This document shows, piece after piece, positions 38,452-47,619 of a stretch of DNA of 64,000 nt (positions are counted from its first letter, which is position 1; each line of letters opens with the position of its first letter). The notes under the pieces are model-generated. The model had not been told where the DNA came from and did no database searches. It saw only the letters and a program-made list of their open reading frames with translations. Made by a program: the position numbers and the translations under genes. Source of the stretch: a virus; the IMG/VR virus record IMGVR_UViG_3300020391_000290, positions 69,897 through 133,896 of that record. One strand, written 5' to 3'.

Positions 38452-38683
38452 TTTCCATTTCCCATACATTGTAAACATCTGCAAAACCAATATTCATTGG
38501 TGAATATTCGCTAACATTTTTTTCTTGCCATTCATGTATATCATCCCACTGTTCCTGAGTAAGATCTGCTACCTCTGTAATATTATAATGATCTGTAATT
38601 GCAGATTCTACAGCCGAATATGCTTCTCTTTCAATATACTCTTCTGCTTTATACATTCTTGCCCATTCAAATTTATTAGTCAT
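38444..38683 (-). CDS. hypothetical protein
   Basis: Acidic ORF, TAATG-coupled to PRTase. Confidence 0.6.
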   Translation of the reverse strand: MTNKFEWARMYKAEEYIEREAYSAVESAITDHYNITEVADLTQEQWDDIHEWQEKNVSEYSPMNIGFADVYNVWEMENE

Positions 38684-39153
38684 TACCACCACTCCTCATA
38701 AGGGAAAACAATCCATTCTGGATTCTCTTCTTTGTTAATTTCTATACCATTATATTCTACAACAAATTCGCTAGGGATATTATCGACAAGAGCCGCAAAT
38801 TTTACATTGCTTTTTTCACTATCATAATTAATGTTCCAGTCATCTCTAATCCATTTGAATGTTTCACCAGTATCATTTATATCATCTATAATTAATATTT
38901 TTTTGCCTTTTATCATCTGTGTTTTAAGATACTTTGCATTTTCCTTTATGTCGCCATCACGTAGCCTTACATCAAGTGTATGCATTTTAATACCTAAGTA
39001 ATGACTTATCATTACCGCAGGCAACAGTCCACCTCTAGTAATACCAACTACAATATCAGGTTTGAAGTCATCTGCCCACATCATACTAACTATATTTAGG
39101 CAATAGCGATTAATTTGCTCTTGGCTAATATATCTTTTTACGATTTTTGTCAT
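38683..39153 (-). CDS. purine phosphoribosyltransferase (Gpt/HPRT-like)
   Basis: VGITRGGL-PA, ILIIDDINDTGET PRPP motif, WIVFPYE. Confidence 0.85.
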   Translation of the reverse strand: MTKIVKRYISQEQINRYCLNIVSMMWADDFKPDIVVGITRGGLLPAVMISHYLGIKMHTLDVRLRDGDIKENAKYLKTQMIKGKKILIIDDINDTGETFKWIRDDWNINYDSEKSNVKFAALVDNIPSEFVVEYNGIEINKEENPEWIVFPYEEWW

Positions 39154-39307
39154 GTATTTCCTCTAGTTCTTTTGATAATTCTTCAACTCTATGCTCCATC
39201 CAACTTATAGCAGTATATATATGTCCTGTTGCAGTTGGTCTTATACATGTTTTTGCATATTTAATTTCTTCTTGTAGTGCTAATAATATAGCAGGCTTTG
39301 ACATCAT
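39125..39307 (-). CDS. hypothetical protein
   Basis: AAGGA SD; TGHIYTAISWMEHRVEEL. Confidence 0.6.
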   Translation of the reverse strand: MMSKPAILLALQEEIKYAKTCIRPTATGHIYTAISWMEHRVEELSKELEEIHDKNRKKIY

Positions 39308-39323
39308 CTTACTGTTTCCTTTA

Positions 39324-42300
39324 CTAGAACTTTAATTGTACACTCATACCAACAACTTTTTCAATCTCTTTTTGTATGGAACTAACACCAGTACGTATTT
39401 CTGCAAAAGTATTGACGTGTCCTGTAAGTCCTAACTTTTTTGTAAAATTGTCAATTTCTGTATTACCAGTTTTTTGTATCTTAAAAGTGTAGTATGTACC
39501 AAAGTCTATTTCACGTTTGCTACTTTTAAAATTTAGGTTTTTATCTTCATAGTTTACATCACCTCCGAGTGTTCTGCTAGTAGGAACATTATAGTTCAAA
39601 GATGCATCTTCAATTGTTACTGGTTGACTTATGTTAAAGCCTAGTTTATGACCATCAGTAGGTTCTACTTCATAACCAACTGTTGCAGTACTACTAACAA
39701 CATTAGCATTTTTTGTAGTAAGTAAACTGTTACTTGTGTCAAATTTTACATTACTATAACCTAATCCTGCTTGTGCATAAAATCCACCTTTGTTGTAGTT
39801 ATAGTTTGCATAAAAAGTACTGCTATCAACTGTAGTACCTAATGTACCTGAGAAACTATTACCTAAGTAGTGTCCATCACTAACACCAAATCCAAATTCA
39901 ATGTTGCTATTATCATCTATCGCATATTTAGGAAAAGTAATATTTTGATCTGCATTCATATATGTGCTATAGTAGTTTACTGCACCCATTTGTTCTGCTA
40001 CACTAACGGTTCTTGTGTCAACACTCTGTGCCATATTACCTAAGTCTATATAAAAGTCCCGTTCAAAACTATCTAGAACCATTACACTAGTCAATGCTTG
40101 TATCTGTTTAGAACTAACTCCGCTAACATTAGCACCACCAACAATATTGCTGACACCACCGTTGGTACGACCAGTAGTAGGAATCCCGGTTGCACCAACT
40201 GGTCGTGTAGCTTTATCCATGTCAAGTAATCCTTGTCCATGAATATTATCATCATAACCTGCAATATTTTTATTGCCAGTTACAAGAACTAGTTGTACTA
40301 AGTGTTTGCCTTTCATGTGTGGCCACATTTGATGTAGTATTGCAATACTGCCGGTGACTACAGGAGCAGCCATACTAGTACCTGTCATTGTTACGTAACC
40401 GCCGTTTTCTGCAGTACTTGTAACATTTGTACCACCTGCCATTATATAAAAGTCTTTAACTTTTTTTGCATCTATACATACATTATTTTTCATTGTAGCA
40501 CAAACAGTACCTGCTTTATTACTAGAACTATTAAGTTTATTATTGTTTGTATCCCAATTTCCTACAATAATCATTTGTCCATCTAGTATTAGGTTACCAT
40601 TCGAATCTGTCGCATGAGCCATCTGATTCATTCCTGCAGAATAATCCCATCCTGCATTACCGGCTGCTTTAACAAGGACCTGCTCTGAACCTAAAGCAGT
40701 TTTCCAATATCCTGCTTCTTGTACAGAGCCATTATAGCCATTTACACCGTAATACCAATGAGTACTGTAATAGTCTCCATCTGCTTTTTTAACTATACTA
40801 TTTCTAAATCCTGTATCATAATTTTGTTCTGCACTAACGTTTATTGCTACGGAGCCTTTATCTCTACCCCATGCCGCGGCTTGTCTAGCATTGCCGAAAC
40901 TATATTGATATCCACTAGATACTTTAGCAACAGCAATCTTTGCGTCAAAGGCTGCTCCATGCATACCAACGTTATTCTTTTCACCAGCTGCAATTCCTGC
41001 AACATGTGTGCCATGCGAACTACTGTTATCGATAGTCGTTCCTGTATAATCAATTGTATATTTTATATTGTCGTCTAAGTCTACGTGATTTATGTTTGCA
41101 CCAGTATCTGCAATTGTAATTAAACTATCTTTTCCTGTCCAACCTCTACTATAAGCAGTGCTAAAATTACTTACACTTAATTGTTTATTTGCAATATATT
41201 TGTATTCATTTTTTTCATATGTAGTTGCATTACTATTATATCCAGGTGTCCTTGTACCCATATCAGCATGGTCATCACCAATTATTCCATCATCTGTATC
41301 CACTACACTAATTATAGTATCGGTATCAGTACATGTTTCACCTTTGTTTACTTTGCCTCTTGTGAAATATTCTGTACTATCTATAACATCTTTTGTTGTA
41401 TTATCACTATACTTTGTTCTAGTAATAGTATTTCTTTTATCGAAATGCTCATGAAATTCAATTATACATTTAGTAACACGTCTAGTTGTAGTCTTTAAAC
41501 TGCCACTATATGTCACTATATCTTTTGTAGTAGTAGTTTCATTGCCGTATGTTTTATCTAAATGACTATATTCTAAATTATCCACAAAGGTTCTAGTACT
41601 AATTACAGTAGGTTGACCAGGATCTGCTTCTACTAGTCTAGTGCTTAAAGTCTCTGTTCTAGTAGTCGAAGTCACTTTATCTTTACTAGTTGTAACAGGA
41701 GTTACAGTGACAACAGGATCATCTACAATTGTTTTTGTTGCACCATTTGCATATTTTATTAAAGTTGTTTTTGTACTAGTTTCTGTAGTAGTAACAGTAG
41801 TCTTAGTCGTTACAGTAGATGTATCAGTGTATGTTCTTATAGTAGTATACAAAGTATCACCATTATCTTGTAATACACCTTCATCTTCTTTGTCTACATA
41901 TGTAGTGACTACAACAGGTGAACTGTCTATACTAGTAGTATCTTGACTTGTGCTTATATCAAACGTTTCCGTAGTATCTATTATTGTTGCTTCAATATAA
42001 GTTGTACTTATTATTTTATTTTCTGAAGTGCTTGTTTCTGCATATGTAGTATTATACGTAATAGTTTTTGGACCATTTACTATTACTACACTACCATTGT
42101 TATATGTATTTGTATATTTTATATATTCTGTTGTTGAAGTGGTACTAGGAACCTTAGTTGTATGTGTATAGGTTCTTGTAACAACAATTTTAGTCCTACC
42201 ATCATCTAAATTAGTTTCTATAGTATTGTCTACGAACGTGGAAGTTGTTATGGATTCACCAATTACAGGTTCACTTTTAGTTGTTATTTTTTCTTCAACT

Positions 42301-43529
42301 GTATTTGTTATAGACTTTTCAACTATTCTAGTTGATATTACTTCTGTTCTTGTTGTAGTGATAGGATTACTTATAGTTTCTGTAGTTTCTGTATTTTTTG
42401 TAATAATTGCATCACCGATAACTTTTTTACTTTTGCCATTTTTAAAATTTATTGTTTTAGTAGGTATACTAGTTTGTACAGTAGTAATTGCGGTTATTGT
42501 TGTTGTTGTACTTTTATCTGTATAAGTTCTTGTAGTTGTAAATAATTTATCACCGTTGTTATTAAAAACACCATTATCTTCTACATCTATATAAGTTGTA
42601 GTCACTACAGGATCATCTACAGTAATTACAGGATCTTCTTTATATGAAGTTACACTATAGGATATAGATTCGCTTTCTATAGAAGCAGAGGTAGTAGTTG
42701 TACTAATTACTTTATCTTCTGTTGCAATTGTAGTAGTGTATGTAGTATTGGGTGTTTTTGTTTCTGGACCATTTGCAATGTTTGTGCTTCCATCACTGTA
42801 AGTATATACATATTGTGTATAAGTAGTGGTTGTTATTGTACTAGGAGTTTTACTTGTGTGTGTATATGTTCTTGTGACTGTGGTTGTAGTGGTCCCATCA
42901 TCATTTGCAGTTTCAGAAGTTGCATCAACATATGTAGTTGTTACTGTAGGTTGACCAATTACTGGATCACTATTAATAGTAATAGTATTTGTAGCAGTGC
43001 TTTTTAAAGTTTTTACACCTTTATCTTTTTTAAATTGTTCTACAGTTTTGCCACCTTTACCAATTGCTTCTGCATAATCAGCATCGTCTTTTAGTGCAAT
43101 TGCTTTTATTTCTACAAAGTCTTCATTCGTATCATCATATTGTTTATTATCTACCATGTTTTGCCAAAAAGTCTCTTTACCATCATAGTAAAGTGCTTTG
43201 TAACCTTTAAGCATAAACCATGCACGTTGTAAAGACATTTTTGTTCCATTAACGGTAACATTATATTTTGCTAATTCAGTTGTATCTATATTTTCATTTG
43301 CACTCACCCACTTAAATATAGATAAACTTTCTGTAGCATCAACTAATCCATCGCCAGCAATTTTTTGAATTGCACTTGCAAATCCATTACTAATTGCTGC
43401 GGTATTAATACTGCCTAAGTCACTTATTTCTATTGGTTTAAAATTGGTGCCACCGCCACCACTGCCACCACCGCCACATGCGGATAGTGCAGATATTAAG
43501 GCTATGCCTGTCAGTGCTTTTGTTTTCAT
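39324..43529 (-). CDS. lipoprotein S8 subtilase with Thr-rich repeats and C-terminal beta-barrel-like domain
   Basis: LSAC lipobox + poly-G; triad ADTG, HGTHVAG, GTSMAAP; oxyanion AAGN; GQGLLD; terminal VQLKF. Confidence 0.85.
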   Translation of the reverse strand: MKTKALTGIALISALSACGGGGSGGGGTNFKPIEISDLGSINTAAISNGFASAIQKIAGDGLVDATESLSIFKWVSANENIDTTELAKYNVTVNGTKMSLQRAWFMLKGYKALYYDGKETFWQNMVDNKQYDDTNEDFVEIKAIALKDDADYAEAIGKGGKTVEQFKKDKGVKTLKSTATNTITINSDPVIGQPTVTTTYVDATSETANDDGTTTTTVTRTYTHTSKTPSTITTTTYTQYVYTYSDGSTNIANGPETKTPNTTYTTTIATEDKVISTTTTSASIESESISYSVTSYKEDPVITVDDPVVTTTYIDVEDNGVFNNNGDKLFTTTRTYTDKSTTTTITAITTVQTSIPTKTINFKNGKSKKVIGDAIITKNTETTETISNPITTTRTEVISTRIVEKSITNTVEEKITTKSEPVIGESITTSTFVDNTIETNLDDGRTKIVVTRTYTHTTKVPSTTSTTEYIKYTNTYNNGSVVIVNGPKTITYNTTYAETSTSENKIISTTYIEATIIDTTETFDISTSQDTTSIDSSPVVVTTYVDKEDEGVLQDNGDTLYTTIRTYTDTSTVTTKTTVTTTETSTKTTLIKYANGATKTIVDDPVVTVTPVTTSKDKVTSTTRTETLSTRLVEADPGQPTVISTRTFVDNLEYSHLDKTYGNETTTTKDIVTYSGSLKTTTRRVTKCIIEFHEHFDKRNTITRTKYSDNTTKDVIDSTEYFTRGKVNKGETCTDTDTIISVVDTDDGIIGDDHADMGTRTPGYNSNATTYEKNEYKYIANKQLSVSNFSTAYSRGWTGKDSLITIADTGANINHVDLDDNIKYTIDYTGTTIDNSSSHGTHVAGIAAGEKNNVGMHGAAFDAKIAVAKVSSGYQYSFGNARQAAAWGRDKGSVAINVSAEQNYDTGFRNSIVKKADGDYYSTHWYYGVNGYNGSVQEAGYWKTALGSEQVLVKAAGNAGWDYSAGMNQMAHATDSNGNLILDGQMIIVGNWDTNNNKLNSSSNKAGTVCATMKNNVCIDAKKVKDFYIMAGGTNVTSTAENGGYVTMTGTSMAAPVVTGSIAILHQMWPHMKGKHLVQLVLVTGNKNIAGYDDNIHGQGLLDMDKATRPVGATGIPTTGRTNGGVSNIVGGANVSGVSSKQIQALTSVMVLDSFERDFYIDLGNMAQSVDTRTVSVAEQMGAVNYYSTYMNADQNITFPKYAIDDNSNIEFGFGVSDGHYLGNSFSGTLGTTVDSSTFYANYNYNKGGFYAQAGLGYSNVKFDTSNSLLTTKNANVVSSTATVGYEVEPTDGHKLGFNISQPVTIEDASLNYNVPTSRTLGGDVNYEDKNLNFKSSKREIDFGTYYTFKIQKTGNTEIDNFTKKLGLTGHVNTFAEIRTGVSSIQKEIEKVVGMSVQLKF
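41630..42975 (-). repeat. ABAB Thr-rich protein repeats (~105-115 aa each) within the subtilase
   Basis: A units: PVIG..TT(Y/F)VD..DDG..VTRTYTHT; B units: PVV.TTY(I/V)D.ED.GV...NGD.L.TT.RTYTD; boundaries approximate. Confidence 0.75.
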
Positions 43530-43564
43530 TTGTAACTCCTACCTTACAATTAAAATATACACTT

Positions 43565-43592
43565 ATAATAACACTGTCTGTAGTAGTGTCAA
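43565..43592 (-). promoter_or_regulatory. early-type promoter (16-nt spacer class) for subtilase
   Basis: GG-TTGACA-16-TATTAT with TG extension. Confidence 0.7.
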
Positions 43593-43595
43593 CCT

Positions 43596-43769
43596 TTATT
43601 TGTTAATTTTATCCCAAAAGCCATACTTTTCTAATAATATAGTATATTCTTCGTATGCTTTTTTTAAATCTGGATGTTTTTCGCGGAGTGCTTTTTCTTG
43701 TAGTTCTAATTTTACACTTTTTACTTGTTCGTACATGTTAGTTGTGCCCATGGTCCAATCATTAGTCAT
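43596..43769 (-). CDS. 57-aa hypothetical protein (not in ORF track)
   Basis: MTNDW...LREKHPDLKKAYEEY...KYGFWDKINK*; resembles C-terminus of 43762..44046. Confidence 0.6.
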   Translation of the reverse strand: MTNDWTMGTTNMYEQVKSVKLELQEKALREKHPDLKKAYEEYTILLEKYGFWDKINK

Positions 43770-44046
43770 GTAATTTTTCCCATATTTGATATTTCTTCTG
43801 TTCCTTTAGAAATTCTGTGTATGCCTCTTTAAGTTTAGGATTAGACAGTATTAATTTAAAGTCAGCTCTTACATCTTTAAATTCAAACCAATCTTCAGGA
43901 CATTCAATATTAGTACCTGGTATCCATCCTTTAAGATTTCCACCAACTACCCATCTAGGAATTGTACTATCATCTCTATATCTTGCATAGGTGATTCCGT
44001 TCGCTGACTCATATATTAATGGTTTATCCTTGGTATTCGACTGCAC
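43762..44046 (-). CDS. hypothetical protein
   Basis: LIYESANGITYAR...RWVVG. Confidence 0.65.
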   Translation of the reverse strand: MQSNTKDKPLIYESANGITYARYRDDSTIPRWVVGGNLKGWIPGTNIECPEDWFEFKDVRADFKLILSNPKLKEAYTEFLKEQKKYQIWEKLHD

Positions 44047-44548
44047 TATAAAAATTTATTCCTTGTTGTATAATTTTTTGACTTCCGCCTAAAAAACTTA
44101 AATCCATTGCACAGGCAATCGCTACTGGTGTAGCATGTAATTCATAAACCATATCAATTACCGCTTGTACAGTGCCGCCTGTTGCCATTAGATCATCCAC
44201 GATTACTACTCTATCACCTCTGTCTATACTATCTTTTTGTATTTCCATTGTAGCAGTACCGTATTCTAATTCAAATTTTCTTGTTAATAAACTACCAGGA
44301 AGTTTTCCGTGTTTACGGGCAAGGACTAAAGGGGTTCTTGTTCTGTGACATAACACACTTGCAAATATAAAACCTCGTGCATCTAATCCAATAATTTTAT
44401 CTACCGGCATATATTTAAGCATGTTTTGATATATTGAATTATTGGTTCTAGCAAATCCTTTTTGACTAGCACATAAACTTGCAGTGCATTTGAAATCAAC
44501 ACCCTGTTTAGGAAAGTCTTTATAACTCTTTATATACTCTTTTATCAT
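44024..44548 (-). CDS. apt: adenine phosphoribosyltransferase
   Basis: DFPKQGVDF, GLDARGFIF, RKHGKLPG, LEYG, VDDLMATGGT. Confidence 0.9.
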   Translation of the reverse strand: MIKEYIKSYKDFPKQGVDFKCTASLCASQKGFARTNNSIYQNMLKYMPVDKIIGLDARGFIFASVLCHRTRTPLVLARKHGKLPGSLLTRKFELEYGTATMEIQKDSIDRGDRVVIVDDLMATGGTVQAVIDMVYELHATPVAIACAMDLSFLGGSQKIIQQGINFYSAVEYQG

Positions 44549-44733
44549 CTATTACCAAGAAACTTCTTAGCAGCTCTTATAGGATTACGAAGCCCTTCAT
44601 ATGTTTCGTTTATAAAATCAATATGCGAACCAAATTTTGTTAACAGTTCTTGTTGTTGTATTTCTATTTTATCTAGACGTAGTTTGATTATTTCAAGTTT
44701 GTCTAGTATAGTTTCTAAATCTTCTTCTTTCAT
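44545..44733 (-). CDS. hypothetical protein
   Basis: HIDFINETYEGLRNPI; ATGA overlap with apt. Confidence 0.6.
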   Translation of the reverse strand: MKEEDLETILDKLEIIKLRLDKIEIQQQELLTKFGSHIDFINETYEGLRNPIRAAKKFLGNR

Positions 44734-44740
44734 TAATATC

Positions 44741-44920
44741 TCACTTAGGTCGTTTAGTCGAGATTACATGGCTAGTATAACTATCATGGTAATCGTCTCC
44801 ATTTAATTGTCTAGTTTCTGTCTCAATTTTTAATAGCCCATCGGTTTGAACACGATAGGTTACTAATTCTTGTTTTACGATTCCGTCTATTGACTTATTT
44901 ACTAACTTAAATTGACTCAT
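44741..44920 (-). CDS. 59-aa hypothetical protein (not in ORF track)
   Basis: MSQFKLVNKSIDGIVKQELVTY...DDYHDS...; fills the gap. Confidence 0.6.
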   Translation of the reverse strand: MSQFKLVNKSIDGIVKQELVTYRVQTDGLLKIETETRQLNGDDYHDSYTSHVISTKRPK

Positions 44921-45785
44921 TTAATTCTCTTTTCAAATCTAAAGTAACACAATGATGTCCGCCACCAAGTGTCCTGCTATGTTTAAATGGAATAGTATGA
45001 CATACTACGCCATATTTTTCTAATGCTTCTTCAAGTTTAGGACAATCATCAATGACTGCAAGTTTTGGATTAATCATTAGAAAATTTAAAAGTATGTAGT
45101 TACTAGCGAACGCTTCCCCAACAAAACTTTTTTCTTTCAAATCTTCTTTTCCTAACCAGATAATGTCCCAATTTTTAAAACACTTAGGAAGTGTCTTTGA
45201 AGATACTCTATCCTTATTCACCAATACAAGACCATTTCTTATAGGAACAAATGTACTATCTATATGTATACCACTGTAAGTTTCAGTAGTTTCTACAATA
45301 TGATTAGGAAAATGTCTCTGTAACCATTTTGCACCTTCAGCATTTCCGCTTGGGCTTATTAAGTATAATAAAGTATTATTTAATCTACAAACATTGGCTG
45401 CATCAAAAAATATTCCTTTGTCCCTAGGTACCTGTATTGTATCATTTTGTGTAGCTATAGGTAAGTAATTTATTTCATCGTTTCTGCATTGGTATTGCAT
45501 GTTACAATCTATGACAGTATCTCCTATAATTAGTACCCTATCACGAGGACAATAATTATACATTTCGAAAGGAGTAAAATTATGCCTTATTGGTCTATGT
45601 ACTTCAACTCCTTCTTGTTCTAGTATTGTTACAAACTTTTTTAAGTCTGCATCAGCCTGTGCAGTAACAATACTAGGATAAGGCCCAGGTTTACTAAAAT
45701 GACAACCTTCTGGTTTATTTGCACCCCAAGCCAAACCAACTATTATACTTTTTAGTTGATCCCATTCATTCGTTGTGTAGATCAT
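44907..45785 (-). CDS. amidinotransferase (glycine/inosamine-phosphate amidinotransferase family)
   Basis: NEWDQLK-IIVG, YCPRD, FDAAN, HIDST, GGGHHCVTLDL (Asp-His-Cys). Confidence 0.85.
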   Translation of the reverse strand: MIYTTNEWDQLKSIIVGLAWGANKPEGCHFSKPGPYPSIVTAQADADLKKFVTILEQEGVEVHRPIRHNFTPFEMYNYCPRDRVLIIGDTVIDCNMQYQCRNDEINYLPIATQNDTIQVPRDKGIFFDAANVCRLNNTLLYLISPSGNAEGAKWLQRHFPNHIVETTETYSGIHIDSTFVPIRNGLVLVNKDRVSSKTLPKCFKNWDIIWLGKEDLKEKSFVGEAFASNYILLNFLMINPKLAVIDDCPKLEEALEKYGVVCHTIPFKHSRTLGGGHHCVTLDLKRELNESI

Positions 45786-46468
45786 TAACAGGCAAATTCT
45801 TGTTGCAGTTTTATATTATCCATAAATTCTTTTTTAGTACCCATGTCTTCATTAAATGCACCACGTAGTACGGTTGTTTGTGTTAAACTACTGTGAGCAC
45901 CTATACCCCTATTTTCACAACAACCATGTGTTGCTTGTAAATAGACGCCAACATTTGCACTGCCTGTTGCTTTTTGTATTTCATTTGCAATTACATTGTT
46001 TAGTTCTTCTTGTAGTGTGCCACGTCTTGCACACCATTGTGCAATTCTTGTATACTTACTTAATCCAATTAAATTATCCGCCGCGATTATTCCTATATAT
46101 GCAACTCCTGCTACTGGCTGATGATGGTGCGAACACATACTTTTTATTTCGCTTCTCACAACTAACATGCCTTCATATCTATCTATACTGTTATTAGGAA
46201 ATGCAGTAGCATTAGGCATAGGATTATACCTACCATTCATTAGTTCATTTATATACATTTTTGCTAGCCGTCTACCAGTATCCATACTATTAGGATCATT
46301 AAATCTATCAATTACTAGTCCATCTAATACAGATTCAAACTTAGGGGTCAATTCGTCAATTAATGCTTCTTTATCACCTTCTTGTAATACTTGACTTATA
46401 TTATCTCCTGCCCAGTATCTTATCCCTGCGTCTTTTAATCTTGTAATTATTTCTTTACTTTTGCTCAT
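45785..46468 (-). CDS. folE: GTP cyclohydrolase I
   Basis: SMCSHH, IGLSKY-R, LQEEL, ATHGCCENRG; start MSKSK (GGAG SD). Confidence 0.93.
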   Translation of the reverse strand: MSKSKEIITRLKDAGIRYWAGDNISQVLQEGDKEALIDELTPKFESVLDGLVIDRFNDPNSMDTGRRLAKMYINELMNGRYNPMPNATAFPNNSIDRYEGMLVVRSEIKSMCSHHHQPVAGVAYIGIIAADNLIGLSKYTRIAQWCARRGTLQEELNNVIANEIQKATGSANVGVYLQATHGCCENRGIGAHSSLTQTTVLRGAFNEDMGTKKEFMDNIKLQQEFAC

Positions 46469-46499
46469 TTTATACTCCGAGTTATAGTGGCGTGTCACT

Positions 46500-46742
46500 T
46501 TATAATTTTTTTAGTCTGTTTAACTGTTTCATTTCCATTAACAATTTTCTATCTACACATTTGAATGAGAGTCTTATTGCATTAGGTCTCATCTCTGTCA
46601 TTTGGTTTATAAATGGTTGTGGATTGTTTTGGTATACTGCTTGGCAAGATATTTTATTATTATATATTTTTTTATATACATATATCTCAGGATCAATACC
46701 TGCTATTGTACTCATATATACCATGCTAATTATAAACCACAT
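46500..46742 (-). CDS. hypothetical protein with hydrophobic N-terminus
   Basis: AAGG SD, directly after promoter. Confidence 0.55.
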   Translation of the reverse strand: MWFIISMVYMSTIAGIDPEIYVYKKIYNNKISCQAVYQNNPQPFINQMTEMRPNAIRLSFKCVDRKLLMEMKQLNRLKKL

Positions 46743-46760
46743 ATGTAAACCTTTATTTGT

Positions 46761-46789
46761 ATTATACTAGTATTTAGGTGATTGGTCAA
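46761..46789 (-). promoter_or_regulatory. sigma70-type promoter upstream of folE unit
   Basis: TTGACC-17-TATAAT; CTAAATA in spacer. Confidence 0.7.
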
Positions 46790-47378
46790 TATTTAATTTA
46801 CTACAATCGGGATAATTTACAAGTTGTGTATCTTTAGGTCTTAAAATTTGTTTGTTAAGCATTTCGATTCCTTTTTGTGCGTCTTCTAATCTCATATTAT
46901 AATGAAAACCTAATTCGAACGTAGTTTGATTTTGCCATGGCACAATAGATAAATCTCTCCCATCATACGCCATACGTTTAATTCTTTCATATATATACTT
47001 GCTACCTGTAAGTACTGCACCACCATGGCCAATTTCCAAACGTTTTGTATGTCCAAAACTTAAACATTGTATTTGTCCGGGTTTAAACATTCCTTTATCA
47101 AATGCTCTTGCACTATCCCATATATTTGTAGGATTTATACGATATTCATATTCCCATTTTTCATTATTATATTCTAATTTATATCCTAATTTTGGAAATA
47201 ACATTGGTACACTTAAATATGTATGTTTTGGTATATTATATAAATCATAAGGCATCCTATATCTTAAGCATAATTCAATAGCATGAGTACAACTATCTGT
47301 TAAAACAACATAAGGAGCACCTGTATAGTCACTTATGGATTTTTCGAATTTTTCTAATATACTATAATTTAGCGACAT
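46767..47378 (-). CDS. short DegT-like PLP-dependent aminotransferase
   Basis: DSCTHAIEL, TYLSVP, IWDSA, CLSFGHTK, GGAVL. Confidence 0.75.
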   Translation of the reverse strand: MSLNYSILEKFEKSISDYTGAPYVVLTDSCTHAIELCLRYRMPYDLYNIPKHTYLSVPMLFPKLGYKLEYNNEKWEYEYRINPTNIWDSARAFDKGMFKPGQIQCLSFGHTKRLEIGHGGAVLTGSKYIYERIKRMAYDGRDLSIVPWQNQTTFELGFHYNMRLEDAQKGIEMLNKQILRPKDTQLVNYPDCSKLNIDQSPKY

Positions 47379-47619
47379 GCTTATCTAAGTTTGATAGTCT
47401 AATGTTACATTCCTCTTCACTCAAAAAGTCTGTAATTTCTATACCGGGATTAATTTTATCTAGATTTACGAATACATTATTATCTTGTATAGTTATTGCA
47501 TAGTTTACAGTTGGTTCCTTTCTAAGACTTACTGTAAGTTTATATGGACCAATATCTTTTTTTGCACGATAAACTTCCATAATTGGATCTCTTATAAAAT
47601 TTAAATCTTGTACTTTCAT
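47362..47619 (-). CDS. hypothetical protein
   Basis: Coupled ORF (ATGA overlap). Confidence 0.55.
   Translation of the reverse strand: MKVQDLNFIRDPIMEVYRAKKDIGPYKLTVSLRKEPTVNYAITIQDNNVFVNLDKINPGIEITDFLSEEECNIRLSNLDKHVAKL

Noticed and set aside
41630-42975. Repeats as a possible CRISPR array or DGR template
   Set aside because: Degenerate in-frame protein-level repeats; no identical DNA repeat-spacer pattern and no RT or cas gene seen
40719-43773. Several + strand Val-rich ORFs
   Set aside because: Antisense shadows of Thr codons and the Gly linker in the subtilase
46469-46500. AGUG-ACACGC-CACU mini-hairpin before the folE SD as a second riboswitch
   Set aside because: Only 4 bp and too short to support without homolog alignment
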